A DNA stretch of 64,000 nucleotides from Lingula anatina (taxonomy: Eukaryota; Animalia; Brachiopoda), in contig CM120649.1 of NCBI GenBank assembly GCA_051362555.1, forward strand, positions 7,626,001 through 7,690,000, in the 5' to 3' direction. This document shows positions 11,545 to 22,611 of the stretch, piece by piece. The position numbers and the translations under genes were made by a program. The stretch's first letter is position 1, and each line of letters starts with the position of its first letter. Below the pieces are notes generated by a model that saw nothing but the letters and a program-made list of their open reading frames with translations, was not told where the DNA came from and searched no databases.

Positions 11545-13293
11545 CTAGTTTTCCTGTTTGACCACTATCAAGTTTTCCTGTTTGACCACTGCCACGCTGT
11601 CATGGGAACAAGTGCATACTTCCCACATTTCCTGCTTTATAACAACATCTCCACCACCCACTTGCTTGGCACCAGTTACATTGCTTTCAAACTTCACTTT
11701 TGTTTCTTTGCTACTGACTTCTTCAGATTCACTACTAAAGTGACGCCTTGTGCTCAGTTTGATAGTGTTATCTTCATGAGTTTCACATTCACCCTGGTCC
11801 CCTGATGCAGTCTCAGGAGCAAAGCATTTATTAAGGCAGACATCAGTATCTGTCACTTGTTCAACACTGAGAGGGTGAGCATTTTGTTCCTGGTGTCTTT
11901 TCTCATGCCTTCTCTTACTGCTGTCAAAGGCAAATGATGCATTGCAGCACTGGCATTTATAACGTTTCTCTTCAGGATGATTGTTTTCGTGTCTTTTACA
12001 AGATCTTTTATGGGCAAATGCTTTTCCACAGATATGGCATTTAAATGGCTTGTTTACAGTTTTTTGTTTATTTTTGAGCGACCTTGTAGTTTCCATTTCG
12101 TGTCTCTTCTCATGTCTGATTTTATTCCGGCTGAAGTTAAATGCAGAGGGGCAGTACTTGCACTTGAACCGCCTCTCTTCTTCATGAACCTTTTCATGTA
12201 CAACACATGATCTTTTCTGGAAAAAAGTTCTGTAACAGTGTTGGCATTTGAACCCTTTTACACCTGAATGAATTTTCTCATGATTGACACAACCTTTTCT
12301 TTGTGCGAATGCCTTCTGGCAAAACTGACACTTGTACGGTTTCTCCCCTGTGTGAATCATTTCATGGTGAACCTTAGTATTCTTTTCAGCAAAGCTCATG
12401 TCACAAAACTGGCACTTGAAGGGTTTCTCACCAGTGTGAGTCTTCTCATGTTCAGAACAAGTCCTTCTCTGAGCAAAAGCTTTATCACAATGCTTGCACC
12501 TGAATGGCCTCTCTCCCGTGTGGATCCTTTCATGCTGCAAACAAGTCTGTCGAGCAGCAAATGTTTTACCACAGTACTGACATTGGTATGGTTTCTCTCC
12601 AGTGTGAATTCTTTCATGGTGTATGCAGTCTTGTTTACTTACAAAGGTCCTTCCACAAAACTGTTTCTCACTGCATGGCTTGCAAGGTTTGTCACATTGC
12701 TGACATCTCAGAGATTTAAATCCAGCGTGAACCCTTGATTCTGCTTTACTATGTGTTTGTGTCATGGACGTCTTACATGTATCACACCACTGCAGAGGGT
12801 GAACTATCTCCCCATAGTGAATCTTTTCATGTTTTACATAACTTCTTTTCATGGTAAATGCCTTGTCACAATACTGGCATTTATATGGTATTTCTCCTGT
12901 GTGAGTTTTCATGTGTTCGGCTTGGTGTTCTTTACGACTATATCTTTTATCACAGTATAGGCATTTGAATGGTTTTTCTCCCATGTGAGTTTTTTCATGT
13001 CTCAAACAGTGTGCTCTATGGGCAAACATTTTATCGCAGTGCTGGCATTTAAATGGTTTTTCTCCAGTGTGAGTCTTTTCGTGTCTCACACAGTGTGATT
13101 TTTGGGTAAACGTTTTATCACAGTGCTGACATTTGAATGGTTTTTCTCCAGTGTGTATTCTTTCATGGGCTATCCGTTCATGTTTGTTCTTGAAAGCTTT
13201 GTCACAGTATTGACAACTGAAACTCTTCCTCATGGTGACCTGCATGTGGCCAGGAAGTGTTCTTATTAATGACTGACAAAACAGATTCTGCAT
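11545..13293 (-). CDS. C2H2 zinc-finger protein, paralog B (13 intact fingers plus one broken finger)
   Basis: 582-aa ORF colinear with paralog A, including 3'UTR, 5'UTR intron (acceptor 13313/13312, donor 13598/13597) and upstream DNA. An in-frame TGA lies immediately before the ATG. Confidence 0.92.
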   Translation of the reverse strand: MQNLFCQSLIRTLPGHMQVTMRKSFSCQYCDKAFKNKHERIAHERIHTGEKPFKCQHCDKTFTQKSHCVRHEKTHTGEKPFKCQHCDKMFAHRAHCLRHEKTHMGEKPFKCLYCDKRYSRKEHQAEHMKTHTGEIPYKCQYCDKAFTMKRSYVKHEKIHYGEIVHPLQWCDTCKTSMTQTHSKAESRVHAGFKSLRCQQCDKPCKPCSEKQFCGRTFVSKQDCIHHERIHTGEKPYQCQYCGKTFAARQTCLQHERIHTGERPFRCKHCDKAFAQRRTCSEHEKTHTGEKPFKCQFCDMSFAEKNTKVHHEMIHTGEKPYKCQFCQKAFAQRKGCVNHEKIHSGVKGFKCQHCYRTFFQKRSCVVHEKVHEEERRFKCKYCPSAFNFSRNKIRHEKRHEMETTRSLKNKQKTVNKPFKCHICGKAFAHKRSCKRHENNHPEEKRYKCQCCNASFAFDSSKRRHEKRHQEQNAHPLSVEQVTDTDVCLNKCFAPETASGDQGECETHEDNTIKLSTRRHFSSESEEVSSKETKVKFESNVTGAKQVGGGDVVIKQEMWEVCTCSHDSVAVVKQENLIVVKQEN

Positions 13294-13796
13294 TCAATGA
13301 AGTAAGGCGCCTCTGAAATACAAATGAAAACATTTTGCATTCACTGGCAGATTTATTTACTTTATCAAATTTATTAGACTGTGTTTTATTTTAAAAAGTC
13401 TGATTTGGAATAATTACGTGTTACAAAATTACTATTTATATCATTAGGACCACGTTTTGGAATCTGTACACAGCAGCGGTAAGGGTACTGTGGACATGCA
13501 GGGAAACTGAGGCAAGAAACAAACGGTGCTTGAAAAGAACTTTTAAATGGAATGATCGAAGTGAAATAATTTAACACTACAGTTCCATTAAACATACCTG
13601 TCTTTTCCTGGCGTGTGGAAGCACTAAGTTTCCAGGACAGCGACAATTAACGCTTTTGGTAAGTCCAGTTTCGTGCAACAGGATGAAATAAGTAAAGCGC
13701 TGCCAATCGACACTGCATTAGTTTCGTCAGTCCCATGACAAGCCGCATACCAACCTTAGAGCATTTATTTAGCCTCTCGCTGTTTACAAGGCCGTA

Positions 13797-16384
13797 GCCC
13801 GAGCAAAATGCCGGGGGGGGGGGGGGGGGGGGGGGGGCAGTAAGCGGACACGAGGGGGCGTACCTCCACGGTGTGGAAGATTTTAAAAAACTGTATGTAT
13901 AATACTGCATTCTGGTGCATTTTAACTGTTATTCATTACTCTGCGGATTACTTCTTGTCAGCCATTCCACGAAAAAGGGTACAATTCTGAATAATACCTG
14001 TCGCAGCTTATTTTCAGTAGTAAAAGCATCTGCAATTTAGCTTTTTTAGCCTTTTTTAGCAGGACCCGATGTGTTCAACTTAAAAAACAACAATTGATAG
14101 AGTACCACTTGCTTTGAAGGGAACCCCGGGGGTCTATATGCCGCAAAAAGCACGATTTCGACGTATCGCTTCGGTATTATAGCTGATTTGCCACAAGAAA
14201 AAGTTTATATTTTCCCGTATTTTAGTGTTTTTAGTCCTCAACTAATTTGAATTCATGTTTCATTTTATCATACATGGTGTTCTCTGTCGAATTTGTTGGT
14301 TAGTTACGTCACTGTCATAGTTTAATCTATGTCGCTCAGTAACCCCTAACCTCCGTAACGCTTTTTTAACTCAGTGTAAGAATAAAAGAAAATGTTCTTA
14401 AATGGCCTTACTGTGCATTTTTCAAACTCTTAATACATGAAGTTTAATAAAACAGTGCTATTTGTTAATTTTGAATGATGCGTTCCATCATAGAGAATGT
14501 TAACTCACAAAAGTCGGGGTGTCGCATTTAAGAGCCTAACCTCAGTAACGGACCAAATTTGAAGAAAAAGTTGTTTTAGAAAGTTAAAAACATCATTTTT
14601 GTTAAGCAAGGACCAACTTCTTCCTAAAAAATTCATTCAATAGTTATGCAAAGTTATTCCAAGGATAAAAACTGAAAAAGAGTGCGTGTCACCTTGCATC
14701 CGTTATGCTAACCTCCGTTACCGAAATAAGTTAATTGTTAAAAAAATGACTGTTAATACTTTAAAACGTTATTTCTGTGGTTTTGTGAGTTAGTTCTGAT
14801 CATAGAAGTAGTTCTACTTCTATGTTCTGATGTAGTATGCATTCATACGGCTTGCTGTTAAAGACATTACCCCGTATTAATATAGATATAAAATATACAT
14901 ATATAGCTGATAATTCTATCAAGATAAGCTAACCATTTAAGTTTTTACTCGAGTTTGCTATAAAATCGAGGGTAAATCGTGATTTGTTTTTTCAAATTGA
15001 TTTCCATTTGTCACTTGACGATGCCTTTTTGAACTTATCATTCTGATTTTAAGCGAAATGAGGAGTTTTCAGGACTGTCTTGGCAAGAAAAATGGTACTA
15101 GCTGACATCAGTACTAGCGTACATGTAGCAGACGTTATTTTCGCGGGAGACATATGGCGAAATATATTAAGCATTGAAGCAACGCTTGTATTTATCAGGT
15201 AGAACTGTGGGGTTATTAGGCCCTATTTTACTGTTTCAGTAGCACATAATAGTTTTTAACATCTTCTAGATGCTTCCAGTAACTTTAAATGGACAATTAT
15301 CCGCAAACACGTGTCTATTGTCGGCCTACTTGATTGTATACATCAACTTTCTCGGGTATTGTGTTGTTTTTTACTGCCTATAGCTGCGATCATGTACATC
15401 TAGGTTTAATGTTTTGTTATTATGTAACGTTTGTCGTATCTGTAATACTACAAATTCCGAATTCAGCCTATAAAGTCTACTTTAAGCTAAGAAATATCAA
15501 AACAAATATGATCGCTATTAATGACCTAACCTCCGTTACGAAATTACTCATTTTTCATTTGAACATTGGATATGTGTGTGCTCATTGATCAATGCTCATA
15601 TCATAATAGATTGATTGCACTTTGTTCATAAACAAATAGTATGATAAAAAAGAAAGTCTGTCCCCAATGATTAATAAAATATTTAAATTGGAATATCTCA
15701 GGCTTTGTATTTATAGAAAACGAGCCACTTATTATCAATGTGTTTGCACCGCATTTTCTATAATTGAAGAGAAATCTTAAATGGGCAATAATATTTTGAA
15801 TACATACAAAATCTTAATAATTGAATCAAATATGGAGCCTGTGACCTTTGGCATGATTGAAATATAACCTAATTTAGATGTTACCTAACCTCCGTAACGA
15901 AAAAAATACTGTACCATGTTTACACGTTCATATTTCTTTAAATACAGTAATGGTGTGGGTTAAAATTCTTCTACTACTCTCTGAATACCTCTTCATCAAA
16001 ATAATATAAAAAGTTTTCCAGTTTTGCAAAGTTCATATCACTGCATTTCTTGTTTTGGAATTGTACCCCTTTTCGTGGAATGGCCGTTGTATTTGTATTT
16101 GATCATGCCCGGATGTAGGGCGATTGTCAATAAACTTCTGATTCTGATTCTGCTCAATCAGAAGTCAGAAATTGTGGGTTCATTTTGCCTGGGGGATAGC
16201 TCCCTTGCCATGAACCAAGGAGTTATAACTCCTTGCATGAACTAAGATGGCTAAAAACAGTACACCTTTGTAAACAGATTGTTGAATGATTGTCTAGTGG
16301 CCATGAGTGCATTTTCTCACAGAATTGATACCAACTTTGCAATATTTCTTACCTTTGCTGCTCCCCCCCCCCCCCCCCCCCCCT
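13797..16384. mobile_element. Composite insertion upstream of paralog B: poly-G/poly-C hAT-like MITE remnant (starts CAAGGCCGTAGCC) interrupted by a 2.1-kb TIR element
   Basis: Paralog A reads ...ctcgctgttta-cccgtgtcaatc-gagcaacgttatatagat (9170-9210). In paralog B the same two flanks lie at about 13786-13796 and 16385-16402, about 2.6 kb apart. Confidence 0.75.
13959..16086. mobile_element. Non-autonomous DNA transposon, 29-bp TIRs, 4-bp TSD TTGT (Sola-like by TSD length; inference)
   Basis: Left ttgt|CAGCCATTCCACGAAAAAGGGTACAATTC; right GAATTGTACCCCTTTTCGTGGAATGGCCG|ttgt. Internal repeated motif CTAACCTCCGT(A/T)ACG. No long ORF. Confidence 0.88.
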
Positions 16385-16627
16385 GAGCAACGCTATATAG
16401 ATAACTGTAGAATGCCGAGAATATATGAAGTTAATTCTCACTTGTCAAAGAATTGGCAAGTTACAAGCAGAATATAAAGTGAGAAGCTCGATTTCTGAAT
16501 GCAGTGTAGAATTTTCCAAAATGTAGTCCTACTTTACTAAATAGTCTAAGAGATTGCCCCAAGTTACAGTTGATAGAATGAAGATAGAGAGTTAGACGAG
16601 CGTATTGACACTCTACAACTATTGTCT

Positions 16628-16658
<31 letters not shown>

Positions 16659-19546
16659 TTAACCATGGACACCCACACCACCACCACCACTCTGTCTGTA
16701 TAGGGCCTATATATAATACAACACTTGATCTATGCTTGGACATAATAACGAATTATGTCCAAGATCTATGTCGTGATACATCACTAGTTGAATTCCGTAG
16801 CTACAGTTCTTTTTTTTCCACCCCTGGGTCGGGCTGGCTGTCTATAGATACTTTCCTCATTCCTATAGTTGTATGCAGTTGAATATAGGTGAACCCCTCT
16901 CCCGCCCCCCCCCCTGCCCCCCCGCCCCCCCCCCCCCCCCATACCTTTCTATAGATTCTCTCTCTCTCTCTCCGGCTGTCTATAGATCTCCCCCATAACT
17001 GTCTATAGATCAGTTGATCTATTATGCTACTCCCAGTTGAAAGTTTTAGCTCCCCCCCCCCCAGACGTGTATAGATCAGTTGATCTATTGAGGCACTACC
17101 AGAAGATTGCTCAATTCCCTGCAGTAAAATCAACAGAATTAAATTACACAAATAAACACATCAAGTCGGCTAATTAAGGACTGTGTATACGGCAATTAAT
17201 CTGCGACGTGCTCAGCGTCTCCTGCCTAGCGGCCATCGCGTCTTAATGACATGATCGCACAATAAAAGCAAGCACCTAACAAGTTACTCAGTTTGATTAC
17301 AATTCTTGGCTGAGGGTGCCGAGGAGAAAATCGCGCGTGCGATGAAAACCAGGAAATGTTGTACACGAGCAGAACAATGCTGTATGGTATCACGGAGGTG
17401 AGGGGAGGAAGTGTGTCAAAGGCTTGTACGTAAGGCCACCACTAACAAGCAATTTGTGACGTTATAGCGAACCTTTACCCGTTGCGGAAGGAGAAATCAC
17501 TGGCCATTTCGGAAATGGACAGACCATTTTAATTTCTAGAGTGCAAATATATAAGGTCGGCATTCTGTGGCAGTCATGATAACGGTATCTCTGATCTACG
17601 CGTGGAGATGAAGGCTGCAGCAGGGGAAAGAGAAACAAAATTAATGTCTTGTTTTGTCCTAGAGAGAAACGTTTCTCCTCCATATTGCCTCCAATGTCCT
17701 GTGTCACCAGACCAGTAAAAAGATGACAGCTACCCCCGCGTCTGTGGCCTCTTGTCGCCGTTTCTCTGAAGTGTGTGCGTGTCATGCGATCTCGTCATCA
17801 AACTCAACAGCAATCAGCAATTAACGCCAAAGTGGAGAGAATACGTTGCACGTGTTAGGAGGACGCTACAAATTTAATGAATTACTCTCCGCAATCACTC
17901 AATCAAGCTGCCGCCTGGTGACATAGGGCGTGCCTCGCGCAGTCAGCGGGGACTCATCGTGCCGAGTCGATTACACGACCAGCGCTAAAGTCTCAATAAT
18001 CTTACCTGTAAGGCACTTTTTACGCGCTTAATTAAGCTTTAATGGCAGCACAAGGCGACGAGAAAAATTACTTGGTTATTTGATTTCTTTTCCTCCTTTC
18101 TTGAAGTAAGCCACTAGAAATCGGTCAATCAGAATAGAAACAGCCGAAATAAGAGGAACATTTAGCTTATAAAATTGCATATTTTAAAATGCAGGAAAAA
18201 TATATTAGTTAAATGAGTATGCTTTCGTTCTGTATAAAGATTACATTTTTTACACTTTTATTATTTTAATAATAATAAAAATTGTCACAGAGGCGCTTCG
18301 ATATTTTTTACTTCACACTGTCAACTCATTTAGAGCAACGTATCAAATGGTACGGCAAGAATCAATTTGTCGAATTTCATTCCGTTTTGAATAAAATAAA
18401 ACTAGGCCCGTCTTTCGTTATCTCGAATTTCGTTTTTTGAACAGCTACTCATGAATCTTATTTTTTCAAACGAGGTACTTATGGCACAAATGGTAAATCA
18501 AAATTTAAAAAAAATTATCAAATCACACGGGACAATAACATATGTGAATATTAGTTTCTAAAACGTTTGTAATTGTAACTCCCAATAGTACACACTAGAT
18601 TATTACCTTGCTGTGCGTTCTCTCTGCATTGGAAATTCACCGCGCGGTGAGCACAACCTAACTGTGAAGGAGGCTGCTACCTAATGTGACTTATTAAACA
18701 GATTATATCGTTTTTAAAGCAAATGACTGGAAACGCGGATTGCTTCATACCATTTATTTTCCAATGGTGTGCACATTAAACAAAATATTGAAAAAACACG
18801 TAAAATATCTCATAGCTTACTTATCATTGGAAAGCGGCTCTGCATAGGTAAAAGTGATAAGTATATTTTTAATATTATCTTTAAAACTACATATGTACAT
18901 TTACATATTAACCAATCACAGCGCAGATGTCAGTCGGTCATCCTCGGTTCCAGTCGGTCATCCTCGGAAATTCCATGCTATATATCACACATAAAACGAC
19001 GTGCTCCAAAATGCTTTGACTAACACATACAGAGTTTAAACAGGAAAAACTGAGCTTGAAAGTAAATAGTTCTGGGCGCACGTGGCTGCGATTTCAAAAG
19101 AAAAAGTACGTATTCCCACAAACCAAAATTCGCTGGCTTTACAGATAGGCTGGCTCCACTGAACGATATCTTGGTGGACCCAAGGCCGCGTCATAAACGT
19201 TATTTTCAACAGTCCTTTCTGTTTTACATCATAACCCGTGGAAACTGACTACTATAACAAAGAAACCCGACTTCAACGCCTCAAGATATGGAACATGCTG
19301 CCCTTTAACACGGAATGTATTCAAGTCTATATATACTGAGAGTATTTACCACTTAATTGACTTCAATGTAAACTTACTCTTGGTTCTAACAACGTACGTG
19401 AATAGTGATTACCAACTCAACTGTATCTTGGTTTTGTTTTTCAAATTTTCATGGTGGTAATATTTAGTGATAATGATCAAGCGACTCTTTTTTTCTCTGG
19501 TCATATATCTCATACAACATGTTGTGTTCAAGCGCTGCATCATCGT

Positions 19547-22500
19547 TCACGTGGTGTGAAGAGAAAAAGGTGTCGGCAAGCTTTCTCGACTGTCACTGGT
19601 TACCGGACTTTCCATGCAGGAAGTATCCGTCGGATTGAAGGCGAGAACTGGAAGCGAGTCGTCAGGGGCCTCGTGGAGCTGCCGCTCGTGCACCTTGCGA
19701 TGGCGTTCCAAGTTACTCTTGTGGGACGTGGCATAGTCACAGATAGAGCAGACGTAATCCTTCTGCCCGCTGTGGACCGTCAAGTGACGCTTAAGAAGGG
19801 CCTTTCGACAGAAATTTCTTCCACAAAAACGGCACATATACCCGTTCCTGTGGAAGATCAGCACGTGATCTCGCAGCGACGCCTTGTTTTTAAACATGAG
19901 TCCACAGCAATCGAGAAGCTTGTCGCACTCTTGGTGCATGGTGGATACGTGTCGCTTCAAGTTGTTTTTTCTGTCCGTCATATAACGGCACTGCGGGCAG
20001 TTGTAGTACTTCTTGCCGTAGGGGGAACGCCCCAGGCGGCGATAATCCCCGAAGAAGAGCGCGGCGGCCGGCGGCCAGGGCGGAAAGAACTCCATTCCAC
20101 GGTTTCCAGATCGCATGGCTTGCTGCAGCTGCGCCAGACTGAACGCCGAGGGTTGTTGCAAGAAGAACGGTAAAGAGTTCATCAAAGGGACTCCAAGACC
20201 ACCATCTTCAGCCTTGCTCTGTCTCTCGATAACTTTACTGTCCTCAGCGCTCGCTGCGACGTCCTCGCTCTTTTTCTGGTTTGTAGCTATGACAACGCCA
20301 TCTTTGTCTTCATCTGCGTCCATCCCAACCTCGCTTGAACGACCACCTGAGCTTTCTTCTAAATTTTCTTTCTTTACTTTATCTTTCCCGGGTTCGACAC
20401 CCTTTCCTATTTTACTATTGCCTGTGTCCACTTTGAGTTTCTTGTCGATGTCCGGAGCTTCCTCGTGGTCGGACACTGGTGGGTCGTCAGCTTCAGAGGC
20501 GGCGTCTTTGGATAGCGTTATCCCGCCGCTGTAGATAGGTTTGGGTGCCAGGGGAAGGGACCCCTCCACCCCCGTAGTGAGGTACCCCCGGGGCCAGCTC
20601 ACCCCCGGGTTGGCGTACATGAACGGCCATCTGTAAGTAGACAACATAATCTCATATTACAAATAGTATGAAAAACGCCCGTTGGAGGGCCACAGTGGTC
20701 CACCTCGAACGTTTTTGATGATGATAACTAACGCCTGGCTTATCAGAATAAAAAAAATATCAGTTAAAAATTAATAAAAGTTTGATCATATTACTCCGGT
20801 CTTAAAAGAACAACATGTGTTCCAAACCCGAAAAAGAATTTAATCAAAGCCTTGTGTATATTTTAAAGATTTTTAAAAGAAAATACACCAATTTACTTTG
20901 CACATCTTAGTCATCAGTAGGAACCACAAAGGGAAAATAGAAACTCTCTTTTTACAACAATTTTATACTAAGCTACTGTGAAATAGAGAGACAATGTGAT
21001 CAATTTTATGTTGACAGAACTTTTTACTGTTTATGCCCCAAAATTTTGGAATAAACCGTTTTTTATATCATAGTTGATATTAACTACTACAATTTAAAAG
21101 TCTCCCTAAAAACTCACCTTTTAAAAGTGTTTTTTTTATGATAATTGTTTTTAAACACTTAAACTGCTTTAAGTTTGTATCATTTAATTATTGTAATTCT
21201 AAAAAACATATTATATTGTGCATTGAATCAAATGTATAAGAGACTCCGTCGGTAACCTGTGGCACCTGTTAGAATTATGTTATTTAGACTACAAGATAGC
21301 AGCCTCCTGCTCTCTCACGTGTTACGTGGTATGTATTTTTTATCGATGGCTGTCTGTGGGAACACCTCGGATTATATCAATGCCGTATTAGTGCCGTGAA
21401 TACCTATCATGTAGATAAGTTATAGTTATTTTCTGGATTAGATATACGGACAATGTTTAAGTAATAACCCATTATGATCGGTGCAATATATCGTTTTTTT
21501 CCAATTTAAACGCTGAATTAGTCGAAAGCGTTAGTGCTCCGTTTCTTTGTAATACTTGTCCGTTATCTGTTTTTCCCCACAACAAAACCAAACATTTAAA
21601 CAAATAATAAATAAAGGGAAAGGAAGAAAAGAGATACAATAGATCAACATTGCACCGAGTCCATATTCCTCTGGTGGGTAATTTTTAACCGATCCGTGTG
21701 AAACGCTCGTAACGCTAAGAAGTGCATATTATATATCATATATCATGACCATTCTGTTTAATACGCATAACTGGCCGGCGAAAAACATCATAATTTTTAC
21801 CTATCTGTACGATTATCATGCGCTATCTAACAGGTGAAAGGTTCAATCTAATCCTGATAACGCTAACTGCAACTAGTTGTGGGCATTGACAAAATATCAC
21901 TAATCAAAGAATGCTCCCGTTTATTTGATGTTCCTTAGGAAAAAAGCAATTGCCTACTCATTAATGAATTATAATGAAATTTACTACTGCTTTAAAATCA
22001 TCGGTGAATTCTACGTGTGAGTATTTACAACAAGAGCACGTCTTAATAGTTGATAGATTTTTAAAATTATTTTGTTATTCTATTACCCTCTTGCTGCAAT
22101 AGACAAAGAAATCCAATAAGGGACCTTGGACTGATCATTCAAATGTATATAAGAAACTATCCAAAGCTTTGTGTACGTGATAAAAACAAATTTTAAAGTT
22201 ATAGTTGAAATGAGGATATTTAAGATTTCAGAGGTCGTGAAACCGTTTTGATATCAAAATAAAGTAATTTCTGATGTTGATAACCATTAGATGACTTAGA
22301 CACAAAATGCTGTTAATATTCAAATTTCACGGCGCAAGGTGGCCAAGGAGTGGCCAATGATAGACAAAAAGTGTTAAACGCAGTCGGGTCAACGAAGTAT
22401 TGAATGAGATCTTTGATTAAATTAACAAGTTAAAGTTGACATTTGACAATGAGAAAAACTACCAAAAGTCATTATTCGTTTTATGGAGAATTTTGCTCCC

Positions 22501-22611
22501 GTAAGTGACCCCTTGAGCTTTTAATGCACAGCGTTCCGAAAATGTCCTGCTGGGTTTTATCAGAAAAAAGTGGCTTGAAAAAACTCACCTCAAATTAAGT
22601 GGCATAAACAT
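19547..22611 (-). CDS. C2H2 zinc-finger transcription factor with 4 fingers (REST/charlatan-style CxxCxYxT...NLxRH fingers) after an acidic low-complexity N-terminus
   Basis: Main exon 19547-20630 (acceptor ctacttacag, phase 2). First exon 22589-22611 (ATG TTT ATG CCA CTT AAT TTG AG|gtgagt, phase 2); alternative first exon 23001-23128. Fingers: YNCPQCRYMTDRKNNLKRHVSTMH, LDCCGLMFKNKASLRDHVLIFH, YMCRFCGRNFCRKALLKRHLTVH, YVCSICDYATSHKSNLERHRKVH. Confidence 0.85.

Noticed and set aside
13959-16086. Possible autonomous transposase in the 2.1-kb TIR element
   Set aside because: Longest ORF inside is 84 aa with no DDE-like motif.
16840-17110. CTATAGATC-rich repeats with short palindromes and poly-C runs
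   Set aside because: Degenerate low-complexity repeat; no termini, TSD or coding signal.
19451-20534. 240-aa and 139-aa plus-strand ORFs
   Set aside because: Antisense shadows of the GC-rich zinc-finger exon.
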